Below are positions 18,761 to 27,600 of a stretch of 40,308 nucleotides of DNA, piece after piece; the stretch's first letter is position 1; each line of letters opens with the position of its first letter. The notes under the pieces are model-generated. The model was given only the letters and a program-made list of their open reading frames with translations, did no database searches and was not told the origin of the DNA. The translations under genes and the position numbers were made by a program. This stretch comes from Oculatellaceae cyanobacterium bins.114. GTDB lineage: Bacteria > Cyanobacteriota > Cyanobacteriia > Elainellales > Elainellaceae. Location: NCBI GenBank assembly GCA_033764315.1, contig JANRJA010000119.1:1-40308 (forward strand), read 5' to 3'.

Positions 18761-19810
18761 TTAGAATACCAGCGTCCAGCCTTGATCGGCAATCTCTGCT
18801 TTGGTGTAAGACACACCATCCACTTTGGTGCCCTGTGCATCGAGCAGCGTAATCATGCCTCCTTGATTAGAGAGTTGTGCATCTCTGCCAGAGAGTTTAA
18901 CCGTCACAACGTCACCAGCCGCTACGGTGACTCCAATCAATTGATGCTTGCGCTTCAGACCATCCGCGATCGCCCACCCATCTAGATTCACCGTTTCTGA
19001 GGAGCGGTTGATTAACGTCACCGATTCCTTGCCAACATCATCGCCCGCCGGATTCGCCAACGCCGCAACGATTTTCACCTTGGCTTTTGTATCAACAATA
19101 TCCCCTAAAACATCTCCGCTCTGGTCATGGGTATGGGATGCCTGAGACGCAAACTTAAAGAAGACAGCTACCCAGGGTTGGGGAGACGACGGAAAGTGAA
19201 TCAGCAGTCCTCCGTCTTGCCAGACCCCGTTTTCTTTGGAAAAGTCTCGTTTTCCAGAACCTGGATCAGGCTTGGGGCTACCCTGATTCATGTGAAGGTT
19301 ATGCACCCCTCGACCGGGCTGAAAGTGAAACACTTTGTCGGGTTCAGGTTCTGGTCCCCACGGTTCGCCAAATGCATAAATCACCGCATCCTCTGACCGC
19401 ACGGCTCGTTGAATATACAAGTCAAGCAACTCATTCAAATCGTTGGGTGCTTGAGTGCTGCCACCTGAAACATTGAATGGCAAGGGGGTCATTTGAGCAA
19501 TGTCAAATAGATTTGCCCGAATGTAATCTAAGGCAATGCCGCCGGGTTGGCGATCGCCCTTCTCAATGGCAGTAAAACCAAACGCTAATGGTTCTAGTTT
19601 TGCCGTGATGGGGTGCTTAAAATCAGGATCTAACCAATACAACAAGTCATAGGGCTGTTCTACAGAGCGCACATTAACCGCTAGTCGATATGATGCTGAG
19701 TTATCTTTTACATGCACTTGATAGTGAGGAGACTGGGTCTTAAATTCCATCTCACCCGCGATCGCTCGACCCTTTAAAACACCATAACCTTCGCTCAAAC
19801 CATTCCCCAT
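18761..19810 (-). CDS. DUF2278 (YukJ-like) protein with a C-terminal lamin-tail-like domain
   Basis: YGVLKG, PHY, LDYIR, GVHNLHMNQG, WQDGGL; C-terminal IVAALANPAGDDVGKESVTLIN...LSNQGG; GGAG RBS before ATG at 19810. Confidence 0.8.
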   Translation of the reverse strand: MGNGLSEGYGVLKGRAIAGEMEFKTQSPHYQVHVKDNSASYRLAVNVRSVEQPYDLLYWLDPDFKHPITAKLEPLAFGFTAIEKGDRQPGGIALDYIRANLFDIAQMTPLPFNVSGGSTQAPNDLNELLDLYIQRAVRSEDAVIYAFGEPWGPEPEPDKVFHFQPGRGVHNLHMNQGSPKPDPGSGKRDFSKENGVWQDGGLLIHFPSSPQPWVAVFFKFASQASHTHDQSGDVLGDIVDTKAKVKIVAALANPAGDDVGKESVTLINRSSETVNLDGWAIADGLKRKHQLIGVTVAAGDVVTVKLSGRDAQLSNQGGMITLLDAQGTKVDGVSYTKAEIADQGWTLVF

Positions 19811-19869
19811 TGTTCTTCTCCAAATTAAATAAGGGTTATTAACTAAACACGATGTACAACTAAAATTTC

Positions 19870-20075
19870 TCCCACTCGGTGCGAAGGGGAGCAGATCTGG
19901 CTTTAGCCCCTCTCCCACTCTGGGCTACGGTGTACACAAGTCCCTAAAAACCAACACCCTCCTCAGGCTCTGCCTGGGAGCATAGATTTGGAGGCTCTGT
20001 CTCTATAACGTTCAGGAGGGACTTGGCAGTGCTAAGCCCGTAGGAATCTGTCGTGGTTTCAATTCAAATTGGTAT
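19870..20075. repeat. Mosaic of truncated repeat elements (MITE end and REP-like palindromes)
   Basis: CTACGGTGTACACAAGTCC at 19925-19943 matches the ends of the 28273-28555 element; also CAGGCTCTGCCTG and GGACTTGGCAGTGCTAAGCCC palindromes. Confidence 0.6.
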
Positions 20076-20287
20076 CCGTTAAGAGCGATCGCGACATCAC
20101 GACGCGGTCGAGCATTCTGCCCTTTCCGAAATGCAGCCATGTTGCAATCCGAGTCGAGTTGGCATTGTCTTGACCTGTCCAATGATTGTCGTATCCCCTG
20201 CTTTAAGGATGCGATCGCATCACCTGTAAGACAGTACCCAGTAGGGTACTTCTATGATCAGTGACAATTGAGTCAGTTTGAGCAACC

Positions 20288-20800
20288 TTATGAAGAGCTT
20301 GTCAGCATCGCTTGAGTGACTTCTATAAACTGATGAGGATGCTCCGGTGTAATCAGCAGCGGTGGCCCAGGCGATCGCTCAATCAAAATCAAACCATCAA
20401 CCGTTGAAACATAGAACTCAACCAATCCTCGCCTTCCAGTCCACAGCCAACCAAACCCACCCCACAACCCTCCTACCCCAATCCGAATTGCCCAGCCAAA
20501 CTCCTGGTTAAACTGCTCCTTGCTGACCCAATGAATATGGGATATATCTCTCATTGCAATTCTGCGTCGCCATCCTGGAAACACAATATCTAGATGATTT
20601 TGAGAAACTACAAAACGAGAGGGTCGGCACCATAGCCAAACAGCAATATATAAGGCAATGAGAAACAAAAATACACCAACCGGAGTGGGTTCGCGTGAGA
20701 TTAATGCCCAAACTCCAAACAGGGGTGGCAATAACAAAAGGATGATTGTTATGCCTTTAATTGCAGGTGACATCGGTGCAAACGCAAAGCTCTGGCTCAT
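20288..20800 (-). CDS. Membrane protein with two TM helices and a bacterial PH-like domain
   Basis: Two N-terminal hydrophobic segments then IRIGVGGLWGGFGW...LLITPE; start taken at MSQSFAF. Confidence 0.7.
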   Translation of the reverse strand: MSQSFAFAPMSPAIKGITIILLLLPPLFGVWALISREPTPVGVFLFLIALYIAVWLWCRPSRFVVSQNHLDIVFPGWRRRIAMRDISHIHWVSKEQFNQEFGWAIRIGVGGLWGGFGWLWTGRRGLVEFYVSTVDGLILIERSPGPPLLITPEHPHQFIEVTQAMLTSSS

Positions 20801-20854
20801 ATATAACAATCGCTTTAAGCAAATTAATGTAATTTCATTGGTAGTCCTCAACAA

Positions 20855-20891
20855 GTAAGGATGTGCCCCGCGCTGCGGGGCACATCCTTAC
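20855..20891. repeat. Perfect 17-bp inverted repeat
   Basis: GTAAGGATGTGCCCCGC-gct-GCGGGGCACATCCTTAC. Confidence 0.9.
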
Positions 20892-21027
20892 CCCAAAATC
20901 ATTACTTTTAGAGAAATACCATTTCATTAAAGTAATTTCATCAAAATTACTGGTAGAAATAGCCTAAACGATGTCACCGCTAACGCTCTTGTTACTTAAA
21001 AAACTCAACATATCTAGAGGCGAGTTC

Positions 21028-21198
21028 TTATGATCCAAACTTCTGTTTGGCTTGCTCATACACCTCAACCGTAATTTGAGTTGCGCCTAACTCCTGCGCT
21101 AACTTCTCAATTTTTTTACGAGCAGCCGGACGCACAAAAAAAGGAATTTCCTTTAGACGGGCTTCGGCTTCGGGTGTCCATTCCACTGCACTACTCAT
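21028..21198 (-). CDS. Stand-alone PCP_red (ChlB/BchB C-terminal-like) microprotein, 56 aa; absent from the ORF track
   Basis: Manual translation: MSSAVEWTPEAEARLKEIPFFVRPAARKKIEKLAQELGATQITVEVYEQAKQKFGS*. W-x-x-EA...L..IPFFVR...E..A...IT..V...AK is the PCP_red signature. Confidence 0.88.
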   Translation of the reverse strand: MSSAVEWTPEAEARLKEIPFFVRPAARKKIEKLAQELGATQITVEVYEQAKQKFGS

Positions 21199-21278
21199 AT
21201 CACTGCGATCGCCATATACAACTTCTCTACTTTACCTGGGTTCGCCTACGCATCCAATGCAGGGTTAAAGGGTGCGAT

Positions 21279-22151
21279 CTACTGAGTCTCCATCCAAAGC
21301 AGGCACTTTTGCATTTGTTCGGCCATCGTTTGGCGATCGCTCTGATAGCGGCGACCATGCCCCGGCAATACCCACTCAAATGAGTAGGTTGCCAGTCGTT
21401 TCATAGATTGGAGCAGGTCTGTCCAGGAATACCAGCAGGCTCTCCGAAACGCATACAAGTGCTCTAGCTCAGGAGACCAGGCAAGGTGATCGCCTGTAAA
21501 CAAAATGGTGTTGTTGTAGAGCAATACAGTGTGCCCTTTGGTGTGACCAGGCACAGGAATAATCAAGAGATCGGGCTCTAACTGCATGGGTTCAATGCCC
21601 GATGGTTGAATCTCAACCGCTTGCGTGGAGCGATTAATCTCATCTTTGTGCAGAATGCGATCGCAGCCAAAGTGCTGTTGAAATTTGTCATGATCTGCCA
21701 CATCATCTCGGTGAGTCAGATAGAGATAACGAATACCCCCCATCTCCTCTAAGCGTTTCACCAAAGGAGGGGCAAAACGAGGCGAATCGACCAACACGTT
21801 ACCCTCTGGGCGTTGAATCAAATAGCTGGCAGCCCCATAGGAATTGTCGGCATGATAGCCGCAATGATAGACCGTTTCAGTAATGGGAATCGGAAAACTG
21901 TGCTGTGCCTGCTTAACATCGTGCGGTTTTTCGATCGTGCCAATAGATGCGGTCGGGCAAGCCAACAATGCCTGCATTGCCCGCAGACGTTCTGCTGCAT
22001 TAGTAGGTTGATGGTACACAGCAGATTGATCGTCCGCTTCGTAAAATGTTTCTGGAGCCATCCACCGACAGGTATCGCAGTTAATGCAAGTGGAATCAAC
22101 GTAGAAGTCACCACTCACGTTTTCAGAACGGCGTTGAGTGAGGTGTGCCAT
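21279..22151 (-). CDS. Metallo-beta-lactamase-fold hydrolase with an N-terminal ferredoxin-like Fe-S domain
   Basis: CINCDTC...ACP Fe-S motif; MBL motifs LTHRDDVADH, PGHTKGH, FTGDH, PGHG; start at MAHLTQRR. Confidence 0.88.
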   Translation of the reverse strand: MAHLTQRRSENVSGDFYVDSTCINCDTCRWMAPETFYEADDQSAVYHQPTNAAERLRAMQALLACPTASIGTIEKPHDVKQAQHSFPIPITETVYHCGYHADNSYGAASYLIQRPEGNVLVDSPRFAPPLVKRLEEMGGIRYLYLTHRDDVADHDKFQQHFGCDRILHKDEINRSTQAVEIQPSGIEPMQLEPDLLIIPVPGHTKGHTVLLYNNTILFTGDHLAWSPELEHLYAFRRACWYSWTDLLQSMKRLATYSFEWVLPGHGRRYQSDRQTMAEQMQKCLLWMETQ

Positions 22152-22166
22152 AAAACTTAGGGTTTT

Positions 22167-22230
22167 GAAAAGACAAGGTTGTGAAAAGACAAGGTTGTAA
22201 AAAGACAAGGCTGTGAAAAGACAAGGCTGT
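22167..22230. repeat. 4 x 16-bp tandem repeat (RAAAAGACAAGGYTGT)
   Basis: Units start at 22167, 22183, 22199 and 22215. Confidence 0.92.
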
Positions 22231-22513
22231 GAGAACACGATGTAGTGAGCGTTACTTCCAGGCTACACATTAAGGCTCATTTTGTGGCTCATTTTATGGC
22301 AATCCTTCTCAATTCAGCGATGGATAAGAGGAGTTGACCGTTCCCTCAGTTGACTCTGGTAAACCACTTTAGCCACAATCCGCAGCCAAGGGTGTGCCAT
22401 CCTGCAACTGGCTTCAACAGTTCAGGCTAGTCAACCCACTATTTCAAAAGATGATCACAGGAGTGCTGGCACAGCGCAAAATCAGCGATCGCTCATCTTC
22501 AACTACATCCCGG

Positions 22514-23359
22514 TCAATTGCCGCCATATTTAACGGCAAGGCAGTTCAGTTCTTGTTGCATTTGGTGACGCACCTGCTCATAGCAGTCATCAACATAGGG
22601 GCGATCGCGAGCCGCATCCACCCCATAGCGATCAAAGTAGATTGGCGTACCGATCCGCGTTGCGATCGGGCAAGGCCAGGGAACATTGGGTAACGGCCCA
22701 ATGGCAAGCCCCCAAGGAAGACCCAGGTAAATGGGAAAAGTCTCAGGATCAATACCAAACAACCAGGGCATGCCCCGTTCGTGGAGTTGCTGCATCAAGG
22801 GATAGATGTTGGCTAACACTACCAGCGTATCGTGGGCACCCCAGGAGACCATAGGAATGATAGGCAGGTGGCGTTGAAGTGCAATTTTGATAAAGCCTTT
22901 GCGATTTGCCAGATGGATCTGATCGCGTTGGTAAAACGGTCGAAAGACATCTTGAGCACCACCAGGATAAACCAAAATACTGGCATGGCGGTCAAGGGCA
23001 GCCAACGCCATTTTAGGATGAGCCGCGATCGCTCCGGTGCGTTCTGCCATAAAAGCTAAGGGAGGGTAGACTTTCCATACATGAGGATGCATCAGACCAT
23101 AGACAAGTCGATCTGTACCAAATCGCTTAAACCAGTCATAGAGCATCATGAACATATCAGGAGCCGCAAATCCACCATTGTGAGATCCGACAAACATCAC
23201 CTGACCATCGGGAATCTGGTTCCACCCTTCAGTCTGGACATGAAAGTAGTGTTCATAGAACCAGGCCCATAGCGGCTGAAAGGATTGAATCAGGTCAGGA
23301 TTACGCAGATCTAATGACCAACCGGGACGATGCGTTGCCATGTAACCGTAACTTTTCAT
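22514..23359 (-). CDS. PlsC/DGAT2-like acyltransferase (possibly Slr2103-like)
   Basis: VGSHNGGFAAPD (H...D block), YPGG, RKGFIKIAL, PIIP blocks. Confidence 0.8.
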   Translation of the reverse strand: MKSYGYMATHRPGWSLDLRNPDLIQSFQPLWAWFYEHYFHVQTEGWNQIPDGQVMFVGSHNGGFAAPDMFMMLYDWFKRFGTDRLVYGLMHPHVWKVYPPLAFMAERTGAIAAHPKMALAALDRHASILVYPGGAQDVFRPFYQRDQIHLANRKGFIKIALQRHLPIIPMVSWGAHDTLVVLANIYPLMQQLHERGMPWLFGIDPETFPIYLGLPWGLAIGPLPNVPWPCPIATRIGTPIYFDRYGVDAARDRPYVDDCYEQVRHQMQQELNCLAVKYGGN

Positions 23360-23580
23360 CTAACAGTATTTGCTAACCATACTCTAGACAGATGCATTTT
23401 TCATTTTTGAGAGGCGATCGCCATTGACAGCCGTTTTATCCAAACCTTTCACCGCCCTTTCACCGCCAAGTAACTCACCCTGTCGGGCTAAATTTGGCTG
23501 AAATGGAGGCATGATCAGCCCAACCAATTCAGATTGGTATAGGTTTTAGTTTTTAAACACGAGATGCAAGTTAGGAGTTT

Positions 23581-23647
23581 AGATCCCCGGTTGCTGTGAC
23601 GCAAATCCAGACTACTTTGAGGATGCTGAATGAGCAACCGGGGATCT
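23581..23647. repeat. 15-bp inverted repeat element
   Basis: AGATCCCCGGTTGCT ... AGCAACCGGGGATCT. Confidence 0.8.
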
Positions 23648-23726
23648 GGGAGACAGTCGCACATAGGGTTTTTCAAGGTCAAACGTATGGCCGTTAAATC
23701 AGCAGAGTCAAGCCATGTTGATAAAG

Positions 23727-23768
23727 TGTATTGAAAAATACAGTTTTTCTTTTATGACTCTATATCCT
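23727..23768 (+). promoter_or_regulatory. NtcA-activated promoter: TGTA-N8-TACA box plus TAN3T -10 element
   Basis: TGTATTGAAAAATACA at 23727-23742; TATCCT at 23763-23768, 21 nt after the TAC; upstream of a nitrogen-scavenging operon. Confidence 0.8.
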
Positions 23769-24076
23769 GAATACTGTATACAATAGCTTTGTAAATAGCA
23801 TCTATCTGAAATGCCTCAATTCAACGTCGTACATAGTTCTCTAATGCCTCACACAACTCACACCTGAGCGATCGCGGTCTTGCTGATCGCCAGTGATTAA
23901 AGTGTTTAGAAGTTAGTTATGGCATTATTCTGTGAGGTGCAGCGTTAATTAGTCAAACCAATCTGACAATTCATAAAGTTCATAAAGTATTTAACGATTC
24001 AAACGATTAAGAGAAATCAAAATATTGTCTAAAGAGCAACCGACTTGACCACATTTAGCAGGCAATTCAAGCAATT

Positions 24077-25237
24077 ATGTATCACCTCAAGGTTGTCATT
24101 ATTGGGGCAGGCATTGGTGGGTTAACCACCGGAATCGCCCTTCATCAGGCGGGCTATCAAGTCGAGATTTACGATCGAGTTAGTCAACTGCGCCCAGCAG
24201 GGGCGGGCATTTCACTCTGGTCTAATGGGGTCAAGGTGCTCAATCGGCTGGGGTTGGGCGACAAGATCGCCAAAATCGGCGGGCAGATGGATCGAATGCA
24301 ATACATCCGCTACACCAACGAGTTGTTGAACGATATTGACCTGCATCCCTTGATTGAAACGGTTGGACAACGCCCCTATCCGGTTGCACGAACTGACTTG
24401 CAGCAGATGTTGTTAGAGGGGTTTCCAGGAGAGGTCAAGCTCAATTCTAAATGCGTTGGGGTTGAACAGGATGGTCAAAGTGTCACGGCAATTTTTGAAA
24501 ATGGACATCGGGCAACAGGGGATGTGTTAATTGCGGCGGATGGCGTTCGCTCGATTATCCGCAATCAGCTTTTAGGAGAGCCAATTCAGCCTCGCTATGC
24601 TGGGTATGTCAACTACAACGGTCTCGTGCCTGTCAGCGATGATCTGGGTGATAAAAACTCTTGGAGCATTTATGTCGGGGAACACAAGCGCGTTTCCATG
24701 ATGCCTGTCGGGGGCGATCGCTTCTACTTCTTTTTTGATGTGCCCTTACCCAAAAGCACAGAACCGCATCCTGATGGCATTCAGGTCGAGTTAACTCACT
24801 ATTTTCAAGGCTGGTGTCAGCCAGTTCAAACGTTGATTCAACGGCTTGATCCGGCTCAAACCAATCGGTTAGAGATTCATGATGTCGAACCCTTTCAGCA
24901 GTTTACACAAGGCAGAGTGGCATTGTTGGGCGATGCTGCCCACAGCACTACGCCAGACTTAGGGCAGGGCGGTTGTCAAGCGATGGAAGATGCGGAGGTG
25001 TTAACGCGCTATCTGCTCACCACCAATTTAGGCGTTGCCGATGCCCTCAAACGCTATGCCGCTGAACGGGCTGAACGGGCTAATGCGATCGTCTTAAAAG
25101 CCCGCAAACGCGCCGATCAGATCCACGGCAAAGACCCGGCTATTACAGAAGCCTGGTATGCCCAGTTGCAAACCGAACCCCCCACCGAAGTGACAGGGGC
25201 GATCGCCAAAACCATTTTAGGAGGCCCCCTGCGATAA
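24077..25237 (+). CDS. hpxO: FAD-dependent urate hydroxylase
   Basis: GAGIGG, GAGISLWSNG, ADG, RYAGYVNYNG, GDAAHSTTPDLGQGGCQAMED, C-terminal ILGGPL; clustered with uraH and uraD. Confidence 0.9.
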   Translation: MYHLKVVIIGAGIGGLTTGIALHQAGYQVEIYDRVSQLRPAGAGISLWSNGVKVLNRLGLGDKIAKIGGQMDRMQYIRYTNELLNDIDLHPLIETVGQRPYPVARTDLQQMLLEGFPGEVKLNSKCVGVEQDGQSVTAIFENGHRATGDVLIAADGVRSIIRNQLLGEPIQPRYAGYVNYNGLVPVSDDLGDKNSWSIYVGEHKRVSMMPVGGDRFYFFFDVPLPKSTEPHPDGIQVELTHYFQGWCQPVQTLIQRLDPAQTNRLEIHDVEPFQQFTQGRVALLGDAAHSTTPDLGQGGCQAMEDAEVLTRYLLTTNLGVADALKRYAAERAERANAIVLKARKRADQIHGKDPAITEAWYAQLQTEPPTEVTGAIAKTILGGPLR

Positions 25238-25239
25238 GC

Positions 25240-25380
25240 CAAGGATAAAGGCTAAAGGATGAACAATAAACATTAGAGTTGCCCTTTTATCCCTTATCCT
25301 TCATCCTTCAGCCTTTATTTCTCATCCTTTAGCCTTTGTTTTTCGTCCTTTTCTTCTCTTTTTCCTTCTTCTTTTTTCTT
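25240..25380. repeat. Heptamer short tandem repeats in inverted arrangement (AAGGATA/AAGGCTA versus TTCATCC/TTCAGCC)
   Basis: Directly visible between hpxO and the Rieske gene; resembles cyanobacterial STRR elements. Confidence 0.7.
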
Positions 25381-25396
25381 TACTCCCTGCTTCCCT

Positions 25397-26476
25397 ATGC
25401 TAGTTACCAAACAACCTGTTTTTCAACGATTCTGGTATCCTGTCATTCCGATGCAACAGTTAGCCGATGGGCCGCAAGCGTTTGAGCTATTGGGGCAACC
25501 CATTGTGGTGTGGCTCGACGCTGAGGGCAACCCTGCGGCAGTGCGCGATCGCTGTTGTCATCGCACCGCCAAATTGTCGTTAGGCAAAGTGATCGATGGC
25601 AAGTTGGCCTGTGCTTATCACGGGTGGGAATTCAACGGCACAGGAGCCTGCGTCCATGTTCCCCAGTCCAAGGATGGCTCCATTTCCCCCAGCTATAAAG
25701 TCACGGCTTATCACTGCACCGAGCGTTATGGCTATGCCTGGGTGTGTTTAGGAGAACCACTGACTGATATTCCTGCGATCGCAGAAGCGACTGACCCATC
25801 GTTTCGCTTAATTCACGAGTTTTATGAACCGTGGGCCTGTGCGGGTTTACGGGTGATGGAGAACGAATTAGACCTGGCGCATCCTACCTTCGTCCACACC
25901 ACCACCTTTGGTAGTGAAGAGCACCCAACTCCTGATTTCGTAGAAGTCACAGAGACCGACTTGGGAATTCATGTGAGTGCCACATTAGGAGTGGTCAATC
26001 CATCATTGCAACAGCAGAACTTGAAGATGGAGGACACCATCACCTATCGCACATTAGATATGGATTGGATCTTGCCATTCACCATTCGTTTACGGATCAA
26101 CTATCCCAACGGCATGTCTCATATCATTGTGAATACAATGACTCCCATTAATGATTCAACATCGCAAATGGTGCAGTTTTGTTTACGTAACGACACCGAA
26201 GTCGATACTAAAGCGAGTGATGTGATCGCGTTTGATCGGGCTGTGACATTGGAAGACAAACGTATTTTAGAATCAACTGATTACGATGTGCCTCTCGCAT
26301 TAAATGCAGAAGAGCACATGTTCACAGACAAACCTGGCATTGTTATTCGCAAAAAGATTGCAGCGTTGTTAAAAGCACATGGTGAAGTAGAACAAACGAA
26401 GCATCAATCCACTTCTGAAATACAACCAGCGAGTTACAGTGAAGCTAGTGAAACACGAGTGAAACAGTTGATTTAG
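25397..26476 (+). CDS. Rieske non-heme iron oxygenase (VanA/HpxD/Ndm-like), candidate (hypo)xanthine hydroxylase
   Basis: Rieske ligands DRCCHR...CAYHGW; mononuclear Fe motif ENELDLAHPTFVH...ED; purine operon context. Confidence 0.85.
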   Translation: MLVTKQPVFQRFWYPVIPMQQLADGPQAFELLGQPIVVWLDAEGNPAAVRDRCCHRTAKLSLGKVIDGKLACAYHGWEFNGTGACVHVPQSKDGSISPSYKVTAYHCTERYGYAWVCLGEPLTDIPAIAEATDPSFRLIHEFYEPWACAGLRVMENELDLAHPTFVHTTTFGSEEHPTPDFVEVTETDLGIHVSATLGVVNPSLQQQNLKMEDTITYRTLDMDWILPFTIRLRINYPNGMSHIIVNTMTPINDSTSQMVQFCLRNDTEVDTKASDVIAFDRAVTLEDKRILESTDYDVPLALNAEEHMFTDKPGIVIRKKIAALLKAHGEVEQTKHQSTSEIQPASYSEASETRVKQLI

Positions 26477-26491
26477 AGACAAACACGATCA

Positions 26492-26854
26492 ATGTCAGGA
26501 AAATTAACCACTCATGTCCTGGACACCGCACACGGATGTCCTGCCGCTGCGATGACCATTGAACTGTGGTCTATCGATCTCCACTCACCCGATAAACAAC
26601 TCCTTAAAACCATTCAAACCAACGCCGATGGACGCAGCGATCGCCCCCTCTTAGCCGATGCTGAGTTGCAAGTGGGCATCTATGAGTTGATATTTGTGGT
26701 AGGCGAGTACTTTGCTCAATGGGAGAAAACCTTACCACAACCTCCGTTTCTCGATCGCATTCCAATTCGCTTTGGCATCGCCGATCCAACCGTTCATTAC
26801 CACGTTCCGTTGCTAGTTTCTCCCTGGTCATATAGCACCTACCGTGGTAGTTAA
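26492..26854 (+). CDS. uraH: 5-hydroxyisourate hydrolase (transthyretin-like)
   Basis: [21 protein letters not shown]-terminal YRGS. Confidence 0.97.
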   Translation: MSGKLTTHVLDTAHGCPAAAMTIELWSIDLHSPDKQLLKTIQTNADGRSDRPLLADAELQVGIYELIFVVGEYFAQWEKTLPQPPFLDRIPIRFGIADPTVHYHVPLLVSPWSYSTYRGS

Positions 26855-26899
26855 TTCAGCATTTTTTTAACGTTTCTGTAGGCTTAACTGCCTATAGTA

Positions 26900-27547
26900 G
26901 TGGTGTTGCTATTAGCAGAACCCTCAGTCGTGATCTTTTATGTATTAGAGCTATTAGGAGTTGCAGTTTTTGCAGTCAGCGGCGCATTAGCGGCAGGTCG
27001 CAAAAGTCTCGATTTACTAGGTGTCGTTGTGATTGCTGTCGTCACAGCGATCGGGGGCGGAACCTTGCGCGATGTGTTGCTCGATCGCCATCCCATTTTT
27101 TGGATTGAAAATCCGCTTTATTTACTTGTTATTCTTGTCTCAGCCGCTCTCACCCTGATCTATACTCAATTTCGCCAACCTCCTAACAGAGCCTTATTGA
27201 TCGCGGATGCCTTTGGGCTGGCCTTGTTTGCCATCAGTGGTGCTCAGTTATCAGAACGGGCAGATCTGACCGACATCATTGTGGTCTTGATGGGAACTAT
27301 CACAGGCGTTGCAGGGGGTGTCATTCGAGATGTTATTCTCGCCGAAATCCCCCTGATTTTGCGTCGAGGCAATATCTATGCCACAGCCGCGATCGCCGGA
27401 ATCATCGTCTATCTCATCCTGCAACATATTGGGGTCGATCGCTCCATTGCCTCACTGATTGGCATGACCACGATCGCCACTCTGCGACTGATCGCTATCA
27501 CCTGGGGCATCACACTTCCCGTCTATAGCCTGCCGCATGACCCATAA
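26900..27547 (+). CDS. UPF0126/TRIC family membrane protein
   Basis: Internal duplication FAVSGA..GGGTLRD and FAISGA..GGVIRD; about 7 hydrophobic helices. Confidence 0.9.
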   Translation: MVLLLAEPSVVIFYVLELLGVAVFAVSGALAAGRKSLDLLGVVVIAVVTAIGGGTLRDVLLDRHPIFWIENPLYLLVILVSAALTLIYTQFRQPPNRALLIADAFGLALFAISGAQLSERADLTDIIVVLMGTITGVAGGVIRDVILAEIPLILRRGNIYATAAIAGIIVYLILQHIGVDRSIASLIGMTTIATLRLIAITWGITLPVYSLPHDP

Positions 27548-27564
27548 CTCATGCTCACAAGCAT

Positions 27565-27592
27565 TCAAAATCCAAAATCCAAAATCCAGAAT
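27565..27592 (+). repeat. CAAAATC heptamer tandem repeat
   Basis: tcaaaatccaaaatccaaaatccagaat. Confidence 0.7.
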
Positions 27593-27600
27593 TCTCACCA

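Noticed and set aside
19811-19918. N-terminal extension of the DUF2278 protein
   Set aside because: It overlaps repeat DNA; a good RBS precedes ATG 19810.
21081-21383. 100-aa plus-strand ORF
   Set aside because: Antisense shadow of the PCP_red microprotein and the MBL gene.
22152-22238. N-terminal extension of the MBL protein, and the 16-bp repeats as a CRISPR array
   Set aside because: The extension is translated tandem repeat; the units are contiguous with no spacers and there are no cas genes.
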